The notes under the pieces were generated by a model. The model was given only the letters and a program-made list of their open reading frames with translations, ran no database searches and had not been told where the DNA came from. 31,484 bases of DNA, taken from positions 1-31,484 of the forward strand of contig CALKEP010000065.1 in assembly GCA_938084645.1 (NCBI GenBank), read 5' to 3'. The stretch comes from an uncultured Phycisphaerales bacterium (GTDB lineage: Bacteria > Planctomycetota > Phycisphaerae > Phycisphaerales > SM1A02). Below are positions 27,845 to 31,484 of the stretch, piece by piece (within the stretch, counting starts at the first letter, position 1; each line of letters begins with the position of its first letter). A program made the translations under genes and the position numbers.

Positions 27845-29536
27845 TCAGGGGCAGAGGCCCCACGACACGAGCATGAGTCCGAGATCGGCACCATCGACCA
27901 TGCCGTCCGCGTTGAGATCCGGTGCACAATCCGGGCAGGGGCCCCAGGCGACGAGCATCAGGCCGAGATCGCCGCCGTCCACGACGCCGTTCCCGTCGAA
28001 GTCGCCGGGGCAGGCCACGCAGTCGTCGGGGATGCCATCGCCATCCTCGTCGGGGGCGCCGAGGAAGATCGCTTCGAGGTCGCTCGTGCCGTCGCCGTCA
28101 CAGTCGCCGTTCTCCCCGTCGAAGGCGAGCAGGAAGGACTGGAGGTCGATGTCGTCGAGGATGCCGTTCTGGTCGACGTCGTGAACGCCGCACGGACCGT
28201 CGGGCGTGATCACGTCGTCGGTGGACGCGCACCCCATGAAGGCATCGAAATCGAGCATCGTGATCTGGTCGTCGTCGTCCTGGTCGAAGTCCGTCCGGCC
28301 GAGCGACTTCAGAAACTGGAAGAGGTCGTACTGGTCGTCCTTCTCGAGGTTCGCGTACGCGGCCGCGGATCCGGCGGCTTCGCCGAACGGACCGTGAAGC
28401 ATGATCGCCTGATGGAGTCGATCCTCGATCGAGCCGCTGTTCACGCGACCGTCGTGGATCATCGCGAGCCGTCGGGCGACGCCCATGAGCGGGGTGGTCC
28501 GGAACTCGTTGCCGGACGCGTCGCCCTGCGGCAGTCCGTCTCCGAGAAGGCCCATGTCGTGGAGCAGGAAGTCGGAGTAGGGTCGAACGGTCCGCCCGTC
28601 GAGCGCGGTCTCGATCGGCTGGTCGTCGAACGTGACGCTTCCGGTCGTGAACGAGGCGACGTGACAGGCGTTGCAGTTCAGGCTGTTGAAGACGGCCTCG
28701 CCGCGCATTCCGCTTCGCGGCGCCTGCGGAGGCGGGGCAAGATAGCGCTGGAAGTGGGTCACGCGGTCGACGAACGTGAATCCCTCGCGGTCGGGATGAT
28801 CCTCGGGATCCTCGACGTCGTCGCAGAGGGCGAGTCGCGCCTCGTCACCATTCGGTGCCGTCTCCTCCGGGAAGATCTGGTTGGTCAGGCCCATCTCGTT
28901 CAACGCGGCATCACCGGAGAAGGTGATCACGTTCGCGATGATCGATTTCCAGCCGAATCGCCCGGGTTCGACCTCCCCGGGCGCGTTGGGGTTGAAGGTC
29001 GGAACGAGATGCGCTCGGCCGCTGATGCCGTCGCCGTCGGTGTCGTTCGGATCGGCGTTCGCGAGGATGTCCTCGGTGGAGATCGCCTCGACGAGGCCGT
29101 ACCCCAGCATGCCGGGGGTGATCCGATTGGTGGTGAAGTTCGCCTGGGGCGGGAGCGTTTCCTCGCACCCGGAGCTGATCGCGACCAACTGCAGGAGCGT
29201 GCCACCGGGGAGAGGGGTGAACTCACCCTTGTCCTGGATGCCGAAGTGGGTCACTTCGATGTTGCCCGGCCCGCCGTCGGGATTCGAGTGGCAGGAGCGG
29301 CAGTTCGACTTGTTGAGTACCGGCCCGAGTCCGTCCTCGATGAGGAGGGGGGTCCCGTAGAGAACCCGGCCCGCTTCGAAACGAAGCAATTCGGCCTCGG
29401 TGAGTCCATCGACCGGCTCGCCGACGATCGGCTGCGGCTGCGGAACGTCTCCGGCGTGACTCACCGCCGCCAAGGCGACGAACATCGCGGACGAGGAGAC
29501 CAGCGTGAGATTTCGGATCTTCGATTTCGCTGACAT
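27845..29536 (-). CDS. Di-heme oxidoreductase (DHOR, putative peroxidase) family protein with Ca-binding and dockerin-like C-terminal modules
   Basis: Signal peptide; GLGPVLN..CRSCH (29288-29302), G.GLVEAI...I...ADPND.DGDGISGR, GRFGWK, EMGLT, CNACH (28661-28675), YSDFLLHDMG, RT.PL.G and HDGR; start at ATG 29536. Confidence 0.88.
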   Translation of the reverse strand: MSAKSKIRNLTLVSSSAMFVALAAVSHAGDVPQPQPIVGEPVDGLTEAELLRFEAGRVLYGTPLLIEDGLGPVLNKSNCRSCHSNPDGGPGNIEVTHFGIQDKGEFTPLPGGTLLQLVAISSGCEETLPPQANFTTNRITPGMLGYGLVEAISTEDILANADPNDTDGDGISGRAHLVPTFNPNAPGEVEPGRFGWKSIIANVITFSGDAALNEMGLTNQIFPEETAPNGDEARLALCDDVEDPEDHPDREGFTFVDRVTHFQRYLAPPPQAPRSGMRGEAVFNSLNCNACHVASFTTGSVTFDDQPIETALDGRTVRPYSDFLLHDMGLLGDGLPQGDASGNEFRTTPLMGVARRLAMIHDGRVNSGSIEDRLHQAIMLHGPFGEAAGSAAAYANLEKDDQYDLFQFLKSLGRTDFDQDDDDQITMLDFDAFMGCASTDDVITPDGPCGVHDVDQNGILDDIDLQSFLLAFDGENGDCDGDGTSDLEAIFLGAPDEDGDGIPDDCVACPGDFDGNGVVDGGDLGLMLVAWGPCPDCAPDLNADGMVDGADLGLMLVSWGLCP

Positions 29537-29815
29537 CAACGCCGCACCGCCTCTTTTCGAATCGTGGAGAACACGCTTCCGCCCACCCGGTCCCATACGG
29601 GCCCCCTTCGCAGGAGCCGGTTCCCAGCTCACCGTCATCTCGATTCGGATGCGGCGGCGGAGCTTGACGGGGTATTGTTCCGCACAGGAACACCGAGGTC
29701 CAACAATTGGAGCCATGAAAGGCGGTTTGGGTCCGAATTCTGGTCGATTTGGAATACTGGGCGGGATCCCCCATGGAAGGGATCCGGCCACTCGGCACGT
29801 CCGCAGGATCAACTC

Positions 29816-30703
29816 ATGTCGCTTCCCGTGAACCTACGTCTGCCGCCAATCCGTCTCAAAGACGCCTTTTTGCTTCTTGGAACGGCATTCTTGGGATTAT
29901 CGGCCTCCCTCACGGGATGCGGAGAGGGCGACGGTGGTTCGGTGGGCGACGACTCCGGGAAGGTGGTGGGAACGTCGACCCCGTTGTCCGAGAACAGTGA
30001 TTCCGGGGGGCTCGTCGACGCCGAGACCGCGACGCGGATTCTCGCCGAGCTCCAGGCGGGGGGCTTCGAGCGAGCGGAGGCCGTGGCCCTCGCCCGGCTC
30101 GAATCCGCTCCGACGGACGCCCGGGCTCGATTCCTGCTGGGCGTGGCGCGTCAGAAGCAGAAGCGATATTCCGCCGGGCTCGCCGCGATGGATGAGGCGT
30201 GCGCTTCGGCGGTCGCGTTCCCCGAGCGGCGACATGCCGGTCACTTCCGGGGGTGGTGCCTCTTCTACCTCGGCCGTCCCGACGAGGCGGCCGAGGCGTT
30301 CGAAGCCCACCTGACGGTCTCGCCCGAGGAGGCGGATTCGCATTTCGGTCTCGGAGTGTCCAGGCTCGAGGCCGGTGATCCGGAGGCGGCGCGATCGTCG
30401 TTCGAACGGGCGATCGAACTCAACGACGGTCGCGCGGATCGTCGACGCGATCTCGCCAAAGCATGGATCCGACTCGGTGACACGTGGTGGGAGACGGATC
30501 GCCCCGACGAAGCGCGAGCCGCCTATCACAAGGGCGTGATCCAGCACGCCGATCATTACGAGGGTTGGGAGAAACTCGCACGGGCGCTCGATCGCGCGGG
30601 TGATGCCGTGAAGGCGGAACGCGCACGGAACGAAGCCCGGAACGCCCGCCTTCGCGTGGGCGCGTTCGTCGAAGACGAGCGTCCGGAGCAAGGCGACGGA
30701 TGA
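29816..30703 (+). CDS. TPR-repeat lipoprotein
   Basis: Start at ATG 29816; hydrophobic stretch then lipobox LTGC; TPR consensus repeats (ARFLLG, GWCLFYLGRPDEAAEAF, SHFGLG, AWIRLG, GWEKLA). Confidence 0.82.
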   Translation: MSLPVNLRLPPIRLKDAFLLLGTAFLGLSASLTGCGEGDGGSVGDDSGKVVGTSTPLSENSDSGGLVDAETATRILAELQAGGFERAEAVALARLESAPTDARARFLLGVARQKQKRYSAGLAAMDEACASAVAFPERRHAGHFRGWCLFYLGRPDEAAEAFEAHLTVSPEEADSHFGLGVSRLEAGDPEAARSSFERAIELNDGRADRRRDLAKAWIRLGDTWWETDRPDEARAAYHKGVIQHADHYEGWEKLARALDRAGDAVKAERARNEARNARLRVGAFVEDERPEQGDG

Positions 30704-31484
30704 ACGGCATCTCTTCCATGCGCGGTGTGCGATCGGGGTTCGCGATCCTGGCCTTGTCGCTGGGGTCGTCATCCGGTTGCGACCGTGACTCGGTTCCGAC
30801 CGAAGAACCGAAGAACCCCGTGTCCGACTCCGCGGGGTTCGATGGGATCCGGTTGCGTGACGCCTCCGAGGCGAGCGGGCTCGCCGCGATTCGAACGACG
30901 AGCGGAACGGATCCCTCGACCCGGATCCTCGAGGTGAAGGGGGGCGGGATCGGCCTCGTCGACTTCGACGCGGATGGTGACCTCGATCTCCTCGTGCCGA
31001 ACGGTGCGACGCTCGACGCGCCTTCGGCGGGTCCCGGTGCCCGATTGTTGCGAAACCTCGCCGTGGAGACCGGGACGCTGCGATTCGAGGATGCGACCTC
31101 CGGGAGCGGACTCGAGGAGCATCGGGCGTGGAGTTTCGGCGTCGCGGCGGGCGACGTCGACGGTGACGGACTCGACGATCTCGTGGTCGGGACCCTCGGC
31201 GTCGACCGACTCTGGCTCAACGACGGCGAAGGCGGATTTCGCGATGCCACCGCCGCGTGGGGGCTCGATGATGCGTCGGGTTGGACGACCTCGCCCGGGC
31301 TCGGCGATCTCGACGGCGACGGCGATCTGGATCTCGTCGCGGTGGAGTACCTCGACTTCGATCCCGCGGGTCCGCCGATCACCTCCACCTTCCGGGGAAT
31401 CGAGGTCCTGGCGGGTCCACGCGGGCTCCAACCACGCGGGGACCGTTGGTACGAGAACGTCGGTGATCGATTCGAGCGTCGTGA
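30700..31484 (+). CDS. CRTAC1-family FG-GAP repeat protein, 3'-truncated by window edge (absent from the ORF track)
   Basis: ATGA overlap at 30700-30703. Translates as MNGISSMRGVRSGFAILALSLGSSSGCD...ILEVKGGGIGLVDFDADGDLDL...GVAAGDVDGDGLDDL...DRLWLN...GLGDLDGDGDLDL...DRWYEN and is open to the window end. Confidence 0.88.
   Translation, partial: MNGISSMRGVRSGFAILALSLGSSSGCDRDSVPTEEPKNPVSDSAGFDGIRLRDASEASGLAAIRTTSGTDPSTRILEVKGGGIGLVDFDADGDLDLLVPNGATLDAPSAGPGARLLRNLAVETGTLRFEDATSGSGLEEHRAWSFGVAAGDVDGDGLDDLVVGTLGVDRLWLNDGEGGFRDATAAWGLDDASGWTTSPGLGDLDGDGDLDLVAVEYLDFDPAGPPITSTFRGIEVLAGPRGLQPRGDRWYENVGDRFERR

Noticed and set aside
29537..29815. AT-richer divergent intergenic region as a riboswitch or sRNA
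   Set aside because: I found no recognisable RNA motif or convincing structure; it is most simply a divergent promoter region, and I could not assign its boxes.

Overview
GC-rich (roughly 68-70% by eye), gene-dense bacterial DNA whose gene content points to Planctomycetota, probably Phycisphaerales (inference from dockerin-tailed secreted proteins, CRTAC1/ASPIC-UnbV paralogs and C30 carotenoid genes). About 20 real CDSs; most other long ORFs in the track are antisense or off-frame shadows. From left to right: a partial OstA/LptA-like hypothetical gene; a secreted dockerin-tailed protein; tryptophan 2,3-dioxygenase; a divergent C30 carotenoid cluster (crtN | aldH-crtP-acyltransferase-crtQ) with no crtM; a DUF2339 membrane protein; Lhr-core helicase convergent with PdeM; an RlmN-family radical SAM gene coupled to an ABC exporter; a 2Fe-2S ferredoxin; then an ~11 kb block of extracytoplasmic heme- and Ca-binding genes. 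That block holds a 5-TM/four-His + pentaheme c + TPR fusion, two CRTAC1/ASPIC-UnbV proteins each ATGA-coupled to a TPR partner, an FG-GAP dockerin protein and a di-heme oxidoreductase with dockerin tails. It is the best candidate for an uncharacterised system. Several TANNNT boxes sit 6 nt before start codons (probable leaderless genes), and one overlapping bidirectional -10 lies between crtN and aldH. No rRNA, tRNA, CRISPR or mobile element was seen.
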